64,000 nt of DNA from the IMG/VR virus record IMGVR_UViG_3300009154_000049; one strand, written 5' to 3'. Shown here in pieces: positions 45,678 to 54,546 of this stretch. The translations under genes and the position numbers were made by a program. Positions within the stretch are counted from its first letter, which is position 1. Every line of letters begins with the position of its first letter. A model generated the notes under the pieces. The model saw nothing but the letters and a program-made list of their open reading frames with translations. It ran no database searches and had not been told where the DNA came from. The stretch is from an uncultured virus (IMG/VR IMGVR_UViG_3300009154_000049) (lineage: Duplodnaviria; Heunggongvirae; Uroviricota; Caudoviricetes).

Positions 45678-46604
45678 TTATAGTGCTAGATTATAGGTCA
45701 GCACCTGTATGAGACTGGCCATCTGTTGGCCATTGTTGAAGATGTTACCGTTGTTCACGTTGACATTGCCTTGTACCTGCAGCGGGCTGCTGGGATTGGC
45801 AGTGCCTATGCCCACATTACCCGAACTGTCTATCCTCAATCTCTCTGTGCCGCCTGTGCTCAGTGCCAACACGCTAGACGCTGGACTGAACATGCCAGTG
45901 CTGGTCTTGCCTGCCCAACTGAACCCAGGTGCGGCTGCTGAATCTGTGAGATTGCTCAGCAGCTGTCCCACACTATTTACTGAGATCTGGTTGGTGGCGT
46001 TGGTGACCAAACTGATGGTGTTGGTACCCGTGAGATATAACCCAGGACTGCCCAACGGTACCTGTGTGGTCAGTTGGTAGCTTTCTGCGTAAACATTGCC
46101 ACTGATGGTCACGTTGCCACTGCTGTCCCAGCTGGGACCACCCTGGCTCATGCTGGCTGGGTACACTGACGCAGCTGCTGGCACGTTGATGGGTGTAGCC
46201 AAGCTCTGTATCATGATCTCCACGTTGACTTGGTTTGGTGGAGGATTGTTGAACACTATGTTGGTGCCGGTCCAGGTATACTGGTTCTTGCGCTGATAGA
46301 GACCGCCCATGTACACGTTGGTATCAAGCACTGTGGTAGCATAATAGTTGCCTGTGCTGAAAGTGGTTGTGCTGCCGTTGCCCACGTAGTCAAACAGTGC
46401 CAAGCCGCTGCTGGCAGTGGTCAGCTGCGTGCCGTCGCTGAATATGATGGCATTGCTGACCTGCACGTTGCTGGCCACCACGTAGCCGTACTGCGCGAGG
46501 ATGTTGCCTGCCACAGACAGATTGCTGGTGAAAGCACTGATGGTCACGTTGGGGCTGTTGGTGTTCAGCGCTACGTTGGCTATGTTGAATGCGTTTGATG
46601 CCAT
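45678..46604 (-). CDS. fibre protein with one repeat module
   Basis: One YQRK module, ERLRI.S.GNVGIGT, C-terminal VLTYNLAL. Confidence 0.8.
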   Translation of the reverse strand: MASNAFNIANVALNTNSPNVTISAFTSNLSVAGNILAQYGYVVASNVQVSNAIIFSDGTQLTTASSGLALFDYVGNGSTTTFSTGNYYATTVLDTNVYMGGLYQRKNQYTWTGTNIVFNNPPPNQVNVEIMIQSLATPINVPAAASVYPASMSQGGPSWDSSGNVTISGNVYAESYQLTTQVPLGSPGLYLTGTNTISLVTNATNQISVNSVGQLLSNLTDSAAAPGFSWAGKTSTGMFSPASSVLALSTGGTERLRIDSSGNVGIGTANPSSPLQVQGNVNVNNGNIFNNGQQMASLIQVLTYNLAL

Positions 46605-46624
46605 GGCCACTTATTTATTGGTGG

Positions 46625-47629
46625 TCACAGTGCCAGCTGATATGTTAACACCGTGTTGAGATTGGGAACTATGGTGCCGCCCTGGTACAGAGTGCCTGTG
46701 ACGCTGGCATTGCCCTGGACCGTGAGCAGGTTGCTGGTGCTGGTGGTGCCTATGCCCACGTTGCCGTTGTTGTCTATGCGTATGCGCTCCAGCCCCAGCG
46801 TGCCAAATGCCAGCTGACCGTTGCTGGGATGGCTCATGCCAGTGTTGTAGTCTCCAACCCAGGCGAATCCAGGAGTCACAGCATTGTCGGTGATTGGAGC
46901 CAGCAGCTGCGTGCCAGCGTTGCCGACCAATATGCTGTAGTTAGCAGTGATATTGCCAGTGCTGGCCACGGTCATCCTGGCAGTGCTGTTGGTGACCAGG
47001 CTCAGAGTGTTGGCAGCAGTGAGGAACAGTCCCGTGCCAGTGATCGGTACCACTGTGGTCAGCTGATAGCTCTCGGCAGTGACGTTGCCTGCGATGGCCA
47101 CGTTGCCCGTGGCATCCCAGCTGGGACCCCCAGTGCTGAGGCTGCTGGGAATCACAGAACCTGTGCTGGGTGTGGCTATGGCATAGGTCAGGGTGTTGAC
47201 CTGTATCTCCACGTTGACGCCGTTGGGCGGGGGGTTGTTGAAGATGATGTTGGTTCCCACCCAGCTGTATTGGCTCTTGCGCTGGTACAACCCGCCCATG
47301 TACACGTTGGTGTTGATGGTGCTGCTGCCGTAGTAGTTGCCTGTGCTGAAGGTGGTGGTGATCCCGTCGCCAGTGTAGTCAAACAGAGTGAGAGCGGCAG
47401 CGTTGCTGATGATGCTGCTGCCATCGCTGAAGTTGATGGCGTCTCCCACGTTGACGTTGAAGCTGCTGATGTTGTTGGTCACAGTGACGTTGTTGCTGAC
47501 AGAGATGTTGTTGGCATTCATGTAGTTCACGGTGCTGACGTTGCCGCTAAACACCGCCACGTTGACGTTGCTGCCGCCTCCGGCGCTGAGAGCTAGGTTC
47601 GCGAGATTGAATGCTTGTGTCACTGCCAT
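46625..47629 (-). CDS. fibre protein with one repeat module (paralogue of 45678)
   Basis: Same architecture; C-terminal LNTVLTYQLAL. Confidence 0.8.
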   Translation of the reverse strand: MAVTQAFNLANLALSAGGGSNVNVAVFSGNVSTVNYMNANNISVSNNVTVTNNISSFNVNVGDAINFSDGSSIISNAAALTLFDYTGDGITTTFSTGNYYGSSTINTNVYMGGLYQRKSQYSWVGTNIIFNNPPPNGVNVEIQVNTLTYAIATPSTGSVIPSSLSTGGPSWDATGNVAIAGNVTAESYQLTTVVPITGTGLFLTAANTLSLVTNSTARMTVASTGNITANYSILVGNAGTQLLAPITDNAVTPGFAWVGDYNTGMSHPSNGQLAFGTLGLERIRIDNNGNVGIGTTSTSNLLTVQGNASVTGTLYQGGTIVPNLNTVLTYQLAL

Positions 47630-47711
47630 GGCAGTGTATTTACCGTGAGCCGAACCAGTTGGCTAGGTCTTGTGCTATGATCTCTATGAGGCAAAATAGG
47701 TCACTCATTTG

Positions 47712-50201
47712 TCATAGCTCCGCATCCACGGTCCACTGACCGATGTATTCGTTGTTGGTAGTACCACCATTGCTGCTGGCATAACCATTGTTGCTGCCAG
47801 TCACGGTGGTCACTGCTAGATCACTGCCAGCACTGTTGTTACGTATGTTACCGCTGGCACCTGTGGTCGAATAGAAAGTTATGGTACCGTTGACGATGCG
47901 CTTGGTTACCTTGAAGAACGCCGGATAGCGCACCAAACTGCTGCTGACTATGAGACTGAACGCATTGGTAGAAGTCACTGAACCTGGATTGACCGTGGTG
48001 TCATAGCTTTTTTCGTAATACCTCTGGCACAGTGCCAATTCCTGACCATACAGCCTACGCTCAAAGGTGGTGCGTGCCGAGCCTGCCTCTAGCTGTACGC
48101 CGGTTATATAGAAGCTATCATCCGCGCCAGCAGTGCCGCTGGGTGTGAAGTAGAACACTGTTGCCAACTCTAGCACGTTTGAGGCAAGAGTGGCAGTGAA
48201 TGTGTACCTGGTCCATGTGGTAGTGATTGCCTGCGTGGTGGCCAAAGGAGATGCGGCACCTAGCCAACTGCCAAGGGCAGCTCCGCTACCACCTTGATCT
48301 GCCACGGTTCCTGTGTTGATGCCCACGGATAGCAGGCTACCAGCAGCAGAAAAATTAGCTCCAGCTTTGGCCCAGAAACTCAGCGTGACAGTCTGCCCAG
48401 CCAAGTCATACATGTTTGCGCTTTCCACTGTCTGATACACATAGATTGGACTCGTGCTAGTACCAGCAAAAGGACGTTGGACCTGCAGGCTGTAGGGGAA
48501 CAGAGACCCTGCTGTGGTGGGCACGCTGGCTGATTGTGCAGCTGCCATCGGGTTCACGGTAACAAATGCCCACCTGTCAGCGATGAAAGTGTTGTTTGCG
48601 TTGACCGGAGCAGAGTATGTGGTACCTCTCTGCCATAACTGCATGCCACCATTGATGATGCGATTGCGCAGGAAGCTGCTGCCCATGATCACGGTACCAG
48701 CAACGTTGACGTTGCCTGCCACGTCCAGCAGCTGCACTGGCGTGCTGGATCCGATGCCCACGTTGCCTTGGCTGGTGATGCGCAGCTTCTCCGTTGGAGC
48801 GAAGTTGATGGTGGTGCTGGTCATGAATATGAGGTTGCCAGTGGGATACTGCCCCGACACCCTGGGACCCACGCTGGCCGCGATTATGGCGCTGCTGTAG
48901 AGATTGGTGCTGTTGGGCGTGAGCCCACCAAAGTTGATCTGTGCGAAGTTCTCAGCAGTCTGGTCAGTGTTGAACACTGCCAGCGCAGCTGTGCTGGCAC
49001 CAGCGGTGGTGCTTGAGCTGGCAGCAACTGCTACCAATGGTCGTCCAGATGCCTGACCGTCATACACCGTGGTAACCGTGGTGCCGATGCCCACATTGCC
49101 TGTGCTGGTGATGCGCATCCTCTCTGACGCGGGGTAGGCAGTGCCGTTCACACCAAATGCCATGTAGTTGCTGGTATTGTCGTAGTAGATGCGACCAGCC
49201 TCTGTGAGCGCCTTGCTCCATACCACAGATCCGCTGGTCAGCGCATCCAGCTGCAGATAGGCGCTGCGGTTTGGTGCTGACACGTACAGTGATGCGTTGT
49301 CGGACGCAGTGCCTGTGTTCAGCGGATTAACTATGCTGATGTTGCCAATTGGTAAAGCAGTGCCTATGCCCAGTCGCTTGTTGGAGTTGTCCCAGAAGAA
49401 GTTGCTACCGTCGCCGGTGAATGAGTTGCTGGCTCCGGCGAACTGTATGGTACCAGCCACACCGCTGCTCAAAAACACAGCTGCTGCAGTGGTCTGTCGC
49501 GTACCATCTGGGAATATCACGCCGCTGCCCGTGGTAGCCGTGTTGGCTATGACCACGTTGCCCCAAACCACGATGTTGCTGCTGGTGGTGGTGGTCCAGG
49601 TGCCTGCGGCGCTAGTGCCTATGCCCAGCTTGCCTGCGATCCAGCTACCGCCGCTGCCACCCACTACTAGGTTGCTGCCCACAGTGACGTTGCCCTGCGG
49701 ATCCCAGCTGGGTCCACCGCTGCTCAGAGCCACGGGTGCCACCGAGCCATTGGCTGGCACGCTCATGCTGTTCACGTTGTTTACTAGCACGATTTCTATG
49801 GCTGTGCCAGGAGGAGGTGGGGTAGTGAATATGATGTTGCTGCCTACCCAGCTGTATTGGTTCTTCCTCTGATACACGCCCTGTATGTACACGTTGGTAC
49901 CGATGGTCACGCCCTGGTAGTTGCCAGTGCTGAAGCTGGTCGTAACCCCGTCGCCCGTGTAATCAAACACGCTGAAGCCGTTGCCGGCCGAAGTCATGCT
50001 GCTGCCGTCACTCCAATACAGCGCTCCGCTGAGCACGGCATTGACCGTGACCACGTTGCTGGTGCTGCGCACCGCGCCTGCTACGTCCAAGGTAAAGGCT
50101 GGGTTGGCGCTGCCGATGCCCACGTTGCCCACCGTGTTGAAGCTCATGGCCACGTTGGGCGCACTGGGATTCTGTATGTTGATTACCTTGAGGAAGCTCA
50201 T
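47712..50201 (-). CDS. tail fibre protein with C-terminal carbohydrate-binding-type domain
   Basis: RNRIING.M.LWQRGT...DRW...ITGVQLE.G...T.FE.R.YG.ELALCQRYY; terminal DAEL. Confidence 0.85.
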   Translation of the reverse strand: MSFLKVINIQNPSAPNVAMSFNTVGNVGIGSANPAFTLDVAGAVRSTSNVVTVNAVLSGALYWSDGSSMTSAGNGFSVFDYTGDGVTTSFSTGNYQGVTIGTNVYIQGVYQRKNQYSWVGSNIIFTTPPPPGTAIEIVLVNNVNSMSVPANGSVAPVALSSGGPSWDPQGNVTVGSNLVVGGSGGSWIAGKLGIGTSAAGTWTTTTSSNIVVWGNVVIANTATTGSGVIFPDGTRQTTAAAVFLSSGVAGTIQFAGASNSFTGDGSNFFWDNSNKRLGIGTALPIGNISIVNPLNTGTASDNASLYVSAPNRSAYLQLDALTSGSVVWSKALTEAGRIYYDNTSNYMAFGVNGTAYPASERMRITSTGNVGIGTTVTTVYDGQASGRPLVAVAASSSTTAGASTAALAVFNTDQTAENFAQINFGGLTPNSTNLYSSAIIAASVGPRVSGQYPTGNLIFMTSTTINFAPTEKLRITSQGNVGIGSSTPVQLLDVAGNVNVAGTVIMGSSFLRNRIINGGMQLWQRGTTYSAPVNANNTFIADRWAFVTVNPMAAAQSASVPTTAGSLFPYSLQVQRPFAGTSTSPIYVYQTVESANMYDLAGQTVTLSFWAKAGANFSAAGSLLSVGINTGTVADQGGSGAALGSWLGAASPLATTQAITTTWTRYTFTATLASNVLELATVFYFTPSGTAGADDSFYITGVQLEAGSARTTFERRLYGQELALCQRYYEKSYDTTVNPGSVTSTNAFSLIVSSSLVRYPAFFKVTKRIVNGTITFYSTTGASGNIRNNSAGSDLAVTTVTGSNNGYASSNGGTTNNEYIGQWTVDAEL

Positions 50202-50242
50202 CGATCACCACGGTTCATGCTGGATATTTAGCGACGGCAAAC

Positions 50243-50650
50243 TCAGTAGTTGTAGTGTTCTTCAACTATGATGATGCCTGCAGTGCCAGCCGCACCCGCG
50301 TGTGTTCCGCCCGCGCCTGCTGTGCCCCCAGCGCCCACAGCATAGGCATAGGTTGCTGCAGGGGACGATATCAGCTTTTCCAAATATCCGCCTCCACCGC
50401 CACCTTCGCCAAAGCTGCCAGACACCCATGCACCAGGCGCTGCACCTGCGCCATAGCCCTGACCCGAACTGCCGGCTGATGTGTTGGTACCATTACCTCC
50501 CAGCCCCAGCATAGACGATCCACCACTGACACCGGCTTGATTGGCGTTTGACGCACCGTTAGTGATATTGCCAAAGGCAGTTTGTCCACTTATGTTGATG
50601 TCTCCGCCAGTTGCGGTGCCGCCGCCGCTGCCTGATATCTGTATGGTCAT
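50243..50650 (-). CDS. partial glycine-rich fibre-tip domain (135 aa)
   Basis: GG.ATGGDINI.G...G.IIVEE.Y resembles part of the Gly-rich domain; ATGA overlap. Confidence 0.6.
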   Translation of the reverse strand: MTIQISGSGGGTATGGDINISGQTAFGNITNGASNANQAGVSGGSSMLGLGGNGTNTSAGSSGQGYGAGAAPGAWVSGSFGEGGGGGGYLEKLISSPAATYAYAVGAGGTAGAGGTHAGAAGTAGIIIVEEHYNY

Positions 50651-50949
50651 GGTGTGATATCCTTGCTGGCCAGCGCAGCTATCTGTGACTGTATCGCAGA
50701 CAACTGTGCCTGCAGATCAGCTAGGCTTGGCTGCGGTTGTGCTGTTGGTGCAGGCTGTGGGTTGGGATCTGTGAACGTGTTGTCGCTGTTGTGTGTCCAA
50801 CCGATGCTCACGGGATGCTCTGCATCTAACACCACGACCGTGTGATCTAGAGGCCACGTGTCGCCATCTTGCCACACTATGATGTTCTCTACTATGCCAA
50901 GGCTGTTGACCAATGCTGCTTTCTGACCAGTGATTGAAATCGTCATCAC
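50647..50949 (-). CDS. fibre assembly chaperone-like protein
   Basis: AA.V...G.VENIIVW...IGW......F..P then coiled-coil tail. Confidence 0.7.
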   Translation of the reverse strand: MMTISITGQKAALVNSLGIVENIIVWQDGDTWPLDHTVVVLDAEHPVSIGWTHNSDNTFTDPNPQPAPTAQPQPSLADLQAQLSAIQSQIAALASKDITP

Positions 50950-52046
50950 GAATACTCCGTAACTCTTATCATGCCCTGTGCGCCACTGGATCCAGTACCG
51001 CCGCTGCCATATCCACCGCCTGATCCACCACCACCGTATAGTCCTCCAGTGATGCCTGCACCAGTGCTGGGGCTGGCTGCTCCACCTCCAAACATGCTGT
51101 TGCCGCCAGATCCACCGTGCATGTAGTTGCCACCATAGCCGCTGCCTGTGGCACCACCGCCGCTGCCAGCTATGTTTATGTCTCCGTTGGTTCCTGTTCC
51201 ACCAACACCTGGCACGCCGTCTCCGCTGTTAGCAGCACTACCGTTACCGCCCCCAGTACCGCTAGTAGCTGTGATCGTGGTCGCACTGACCGTGAAAGTG
51301 GTGCTGCCACCAGTAGCAGCCTGCGTGCCGCCAGTGCCTATGCTGTAGGTGTAGGATGTGTTGCCAGTGACAGTGAAGTATTTTGCAGCATAGCCTCCAC
51401 CGCCACCACCACCACCTGCGCCAGATGCTACGGCGCCACCACCACCACCTGCGCCCACACACTCAACGAACATGTGCGTGGTACTAGCCTGCGTGGTGAA
51501 AGATGTACCGCTGGTGAGGTAGGTTATCTTGATCAATGACCCGCTAACCGACCCACTATAGGCCACCGTTTGGTAGCTACCATCGGCGAACTTGATGCCG
51601 GTGCCTGAGGTACCAACCTGTATGTTGCCACCGTAGACGCTGAGCTGGTTACCTGCTGCAACAGTGGTAGTGGCTATGCCCACGTTACCCGTGCTGGTTA
51701 TCCTCAGGCGCTCCGTGTTGTTGGTAGCAAAGGCCAGCGTGTTGGCTGCGGTGAGATAGAGACCGTTGAGAGGCGCGGTTCCCACCGCGCTGAAGTTGAA
51801 AGACGTGGCAAACTGCGCGTTGTTCAGCGTTGGCGTGTTCAGGGTGGTCCCTGCCAGGGTGGCACCGTTCCACGTGGCATTGTTGATGGTAGCACCGCTG
51901 ATCAGCGCGTTGTTCAGCGTGGCACCGTTCTGCGTGACCAGCGTGTCCGTGACAGATGGCAGCGTCAGCGTGTTGTTGCTGCTCACAGCCGGCACTGCCA
52001 GGATCACGTATCCGCTGGTGTCTCCGTTGATCTTCACATAGGCCAT
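50946..52046 (-). CDS. fibre protein with glycine-rich tip
   Basis: I.GDTSG.V.L.VPA N-terminus, GNVGI motif, VE.VGAGGGG...G.IRVTEY. Confidence 0.8.
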   Translation of the reverse strand: MAYVKINGDTSGYVILAVPAVSSNNTLTLPSVTDTLVTQNGATLNNALISGATINNATWNGATLAGTTLNTPTLNNAQFATSFNFSAVGTAPLNGLYLTAANTLAFATNNTERLRITSTGNVGIATTTVAAGNQLSVYGGNIQVGTSGTGIKFADGSYQTVAYSGSVSGSLIKITYLTSGTSFTTQASTTHMFVECVGAGGGGGAVASGAGGGGGGGGYAAKYFTVTGNTSYTYSIGTGGTQAATGGSTTFTVSATTITATSGTGGGNGSAANSGDGVPGVGGTGTNGDINIAGSGGGATGSGYGGNYMHGGSGGNSMFGGGAASPSTGAGITGGLYGGGGSGGGYGSGGTGSSGAQGMIRVTEYS

Positions 52047-52047
52047 G

Positions 52048-53340
52048 TCACACTATGCTCCAGTAGCTGCCGCTGCTGACCGTGACGGTCACGCCGGGAT
52101 TGATGGTTATTGGACCAAAGGTCCCGCTGTTGTAACCGCTGGGAACCGTGTAGTTGGCAGTGATGGTGTTGCCGTTGGTCCAGAAGGTCTGATCAGTGCC
52201 GCCTCCAGTGGCGCCTCCGAGACCACCCCACTGGGTACCATTGTAGCCCTCGAAGTAGCCAAGGCTGCTGTTGAAGCGCAGCAGCCCAGTGGCAGCAGCA
52301 GGTCGCTGTGCTGTGCTGCCCACCGGCAGCAGCGCAGCATCTGTCTTGAATATGCTCATCGCGTAGGGAGGCAGTGCTGTGGTACCTATGCCAAGGTTGC
52401 CACCGAATATGCCTCCGCTGACCGTGCTGACGTTGCCACCTGCTGTCATGCCTCCACCTGCGATGAGGTTACCAGTGGCATCCCAGCTGGGTCCACCAGT
52501 GCTGAGACTGCCGGGTGTCACTGATCCTGCTGCGGGTATTACCGTGGTGGTGCTGAGATTGCTGATCACTATCTCGATGGCAGTGCCCAGAGGTGGTGGC
52601 GAGTTGAATATGATGCTGCTGCCCACCCAGCTGTAGGTGTTCTTGCGCTGGTACACGCCCTGGAGATACACGTTGGTGTTGACCACGCTGGTTGCCGAAT
52701 AGTTGCCTGTGGCAAATGTGGTCGTGCTGCCATTGCCTGTGTAGTCAAACACGGAGGTGCCCAGGGCACCCGTGGTGATGCTGCTGCCATCGCTGAAGTT
52801 GATGGCACCGCCGAGGTTGACGTTGCCACCCACGGTGATGTTGCCAGTGGCACGCATGCTGCCAGTGACATCCAGCTTGAACACGGGTTGGCTAGTGCCT
52901 ATGCCCAGATTGCCATTGATGTCCAAGCGCATGTTTTCCGTGCCACTGGTCTGGAAAACCAAGGGCAGATAAGGACTGTTATCGCTCCTGTCTGAGGCCA
53001 GTCGCACGTTGCTTTGGTTTGATTCCAGGGTAGCAAAGCTGCTGGACAGCACGTTGCTGTTGCTGTAGGCTAGGAAGCTGCTCACAGTGCCGCCGCTGTT
53101 GGGGTGCGTGCCTATCAGCGCGTTACCATTGTATGTGGTAGTGGTGATGAAGGCACGCAGCAGAGGATTGGCATTGCTGAAGTCAGCTTCGAAGCTGCTG
53201 GCAGTGCTGTTCATTATGAGATTGCCCAGATTATCCACGCTGAGCTGCGTGGCACCGCTGGTGGTCACGTTGAAGGCAGAAGCCGTGCTCTTGACGTAGA
53301 GCGCCACCGTGCTGAGGTTCTGTGCTGGTGAATTGGCCAT
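52048..53340 (-). CDS. fibre/adaptor protein with one repeat module
   Basis: LPVG.TAQRP...G.LRFN...FEGY.G..WG; C-terminal GPITI..GVTVTV.SGS.W.IV. Confidence 0.8.
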   Translation of the reverse strand: MANSPAQNLSTVALYVKSTASAFNVTTSGATQLSVDNLGNLIMNSTASSFEADFSNANPLLRAFITTTTYNGNALIGTHPNSGGTVSSFLAYSNSNVLSSSFATLESNQSNVRLASDRSDNSPYLPLVFQTSGTENMRLDINGNLGIGTSQPVFKLDVTGSMRATGNITVGGNVNLGGAINFSDGSSITTGALGTSVFDYTGNGSTTTFATGNYSATSVVNTNVYLQGVYQRKNTYSWVGSSIIFNSPPPLGTAIEIVISNLSTTTVIPAAGSVTPGSLSTGGPSWDATGNLIAGGGMTAGGNVSTVSGGIFGGNLGIGTTALPPYAMSIFKTDAALLPVGSTAQRPAAATGLLRFNSSLGYFEGYNGTQWGGLGGATGGGTDQTFWTNGNTITANYTVPSGYNSGTFGPITINPGVTVTVSSGSYWSIV

Positions 53341-53410
53341 GCTGCTTCCGGTAATAGTGCGCTGTATTTACCTATGCTAGGGCTTGGATCCTGCTGGCTT
53401 CATGACTGCG

Positions 53411-53743
53411 TCAGGGTTTTGGATATTTGTCCTTGATTGCCAAGCAGGCATCTATGTATGCCTGGATCTGCTCAGTATCCCCCTTGACAATGCCATCCAG
53501 ATAGTCCCTGAAGTCCGGATATTCTGCTGCGCGCTGTGCCTTGTAGGAAACCGCAGCATCGGCTGCAATCTTGGCTGCCCAGGCAGCATCAAGCTGTGCT
53601 TGGGTTGGCTGCGGACCCAGCTTGGCATCCCATTTCAACACCTGATCTGGCTGGCTTTCTGGCTGACCAGTCATGTAATCTCCGGGGCCATGAGATATAT
53701 TGGCCTGTGCCAGATATGCTAGGATTTGATCGTTCAGAGCCAT
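53411..53743 (-). CDS. XkdW-like / tail fibre assembly protein
   Basis: W...LGP.PT..QL; Y...R..EYP....LD.......IK.KYPKP. Confidence 0.75.
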   Translation of the reverse strand: MALNDQILAYLAQANISHGPGDYMTGQPESQPDQVLKWDAKLGPQPTQAQLDAAWAAKIAADAAVSYKAQRAAEYPDFRDYLDGIVKGDTEQIQAYIDACLAIKDKYPKP

Positions 53744-53754
53744 GTGTTCAGTCC

Positions 53755-54546
53755 TTATGAAGAGATGCTATACAAAGATGCTTGACCCGAAAAAGTTGTT
53801 GTTCCATTGAATTGAATTTTAATAGCGGTATAAGGTGTTGTACCCGTGTTATAACCATTGAAACTTGACCAATAACCAGCTGAACCGTTGTAGGTAAATG
53901 CTGTTCCATATATTTGTACAACACCCAAACTAGTAGCAAGATTAAAATTATCAATGGTAAAATTACCATTAACTCCATAACTGCCAGTATATGTTGTAAT
54001 ACCTGTGGTCATATAACTAGAACCTAAACTACCCCCATAAAATTGATTACTTCCATTATTGGGAGAATACCCAAAATATCCTCCATATCCGCTAGTCAAG
54101 TACGTTGGTCCAGAGCCTATCCCCAGCAAAAATCTCAAACCATCATTGGTCGATGGTTGTAAGTTTTCAACAAACATCAGGTATCTTATATAACCAGACA
54201 ATCCAGTCCACTGCAGAGCAGTTGTAGTGCCAGCTGTGGCGGTTTGCGTGGATATCAAAGTCATGGTCTGAGCGACCGCTGCGCTGGACATGAAGGAGCC
54301 GTCGCCAAACACCACGCCATAGCCTGCCGTGCTGATCTGTATGTTGCCACCTGTATGCACCGTGGGACCAAACACTGTCATTGACACATTGCTGTTGACG
54401 CTGCTGGTACCTATATTGTTGCCCACCGTGAGACCGCCATAGATGCTGCTGGTGCCTATGCCGACTCCACCGCCGCTGGTCCACAGCTGAGTGCCACCCA
54501 CTCGCAGACCGTCTTGGTCAAGCCACATCAGCTGGTTAGTGGTCAT
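53755..54546 (-). CDS. short fibre protein with AT-rich receptor-binding-type C-terminal domain
   Basis: L.QDGL.VG.TQL N-terminus; TLIST.T...terminal SG..SLY.I. Confidence 0.8.
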   Translation of the reverse strand: MTTNQLMWLDQDGLRVGGTQLWTSGGGVGIGTSSIYGGLTVGNNIGTSSVNSNVSMTVFGPTVHTGGNIQISTAGYGVVFGDGSFMSSAAVAQTMTLISTQTATAGTTTALQWTGLSGYIRYLMFVENLQPSTNDGLRFLLGIGSGPTYLTSGYGGYFGYSPNNGSNQFYGGSLGSSYMTTGITTYTGSYGVNGNFTIDNFNLATSLGVVQIYGTAFTYNGSAGYWSSFNGYNTGTTPYTAIKIQFNGTTTFSGQASLYSISS

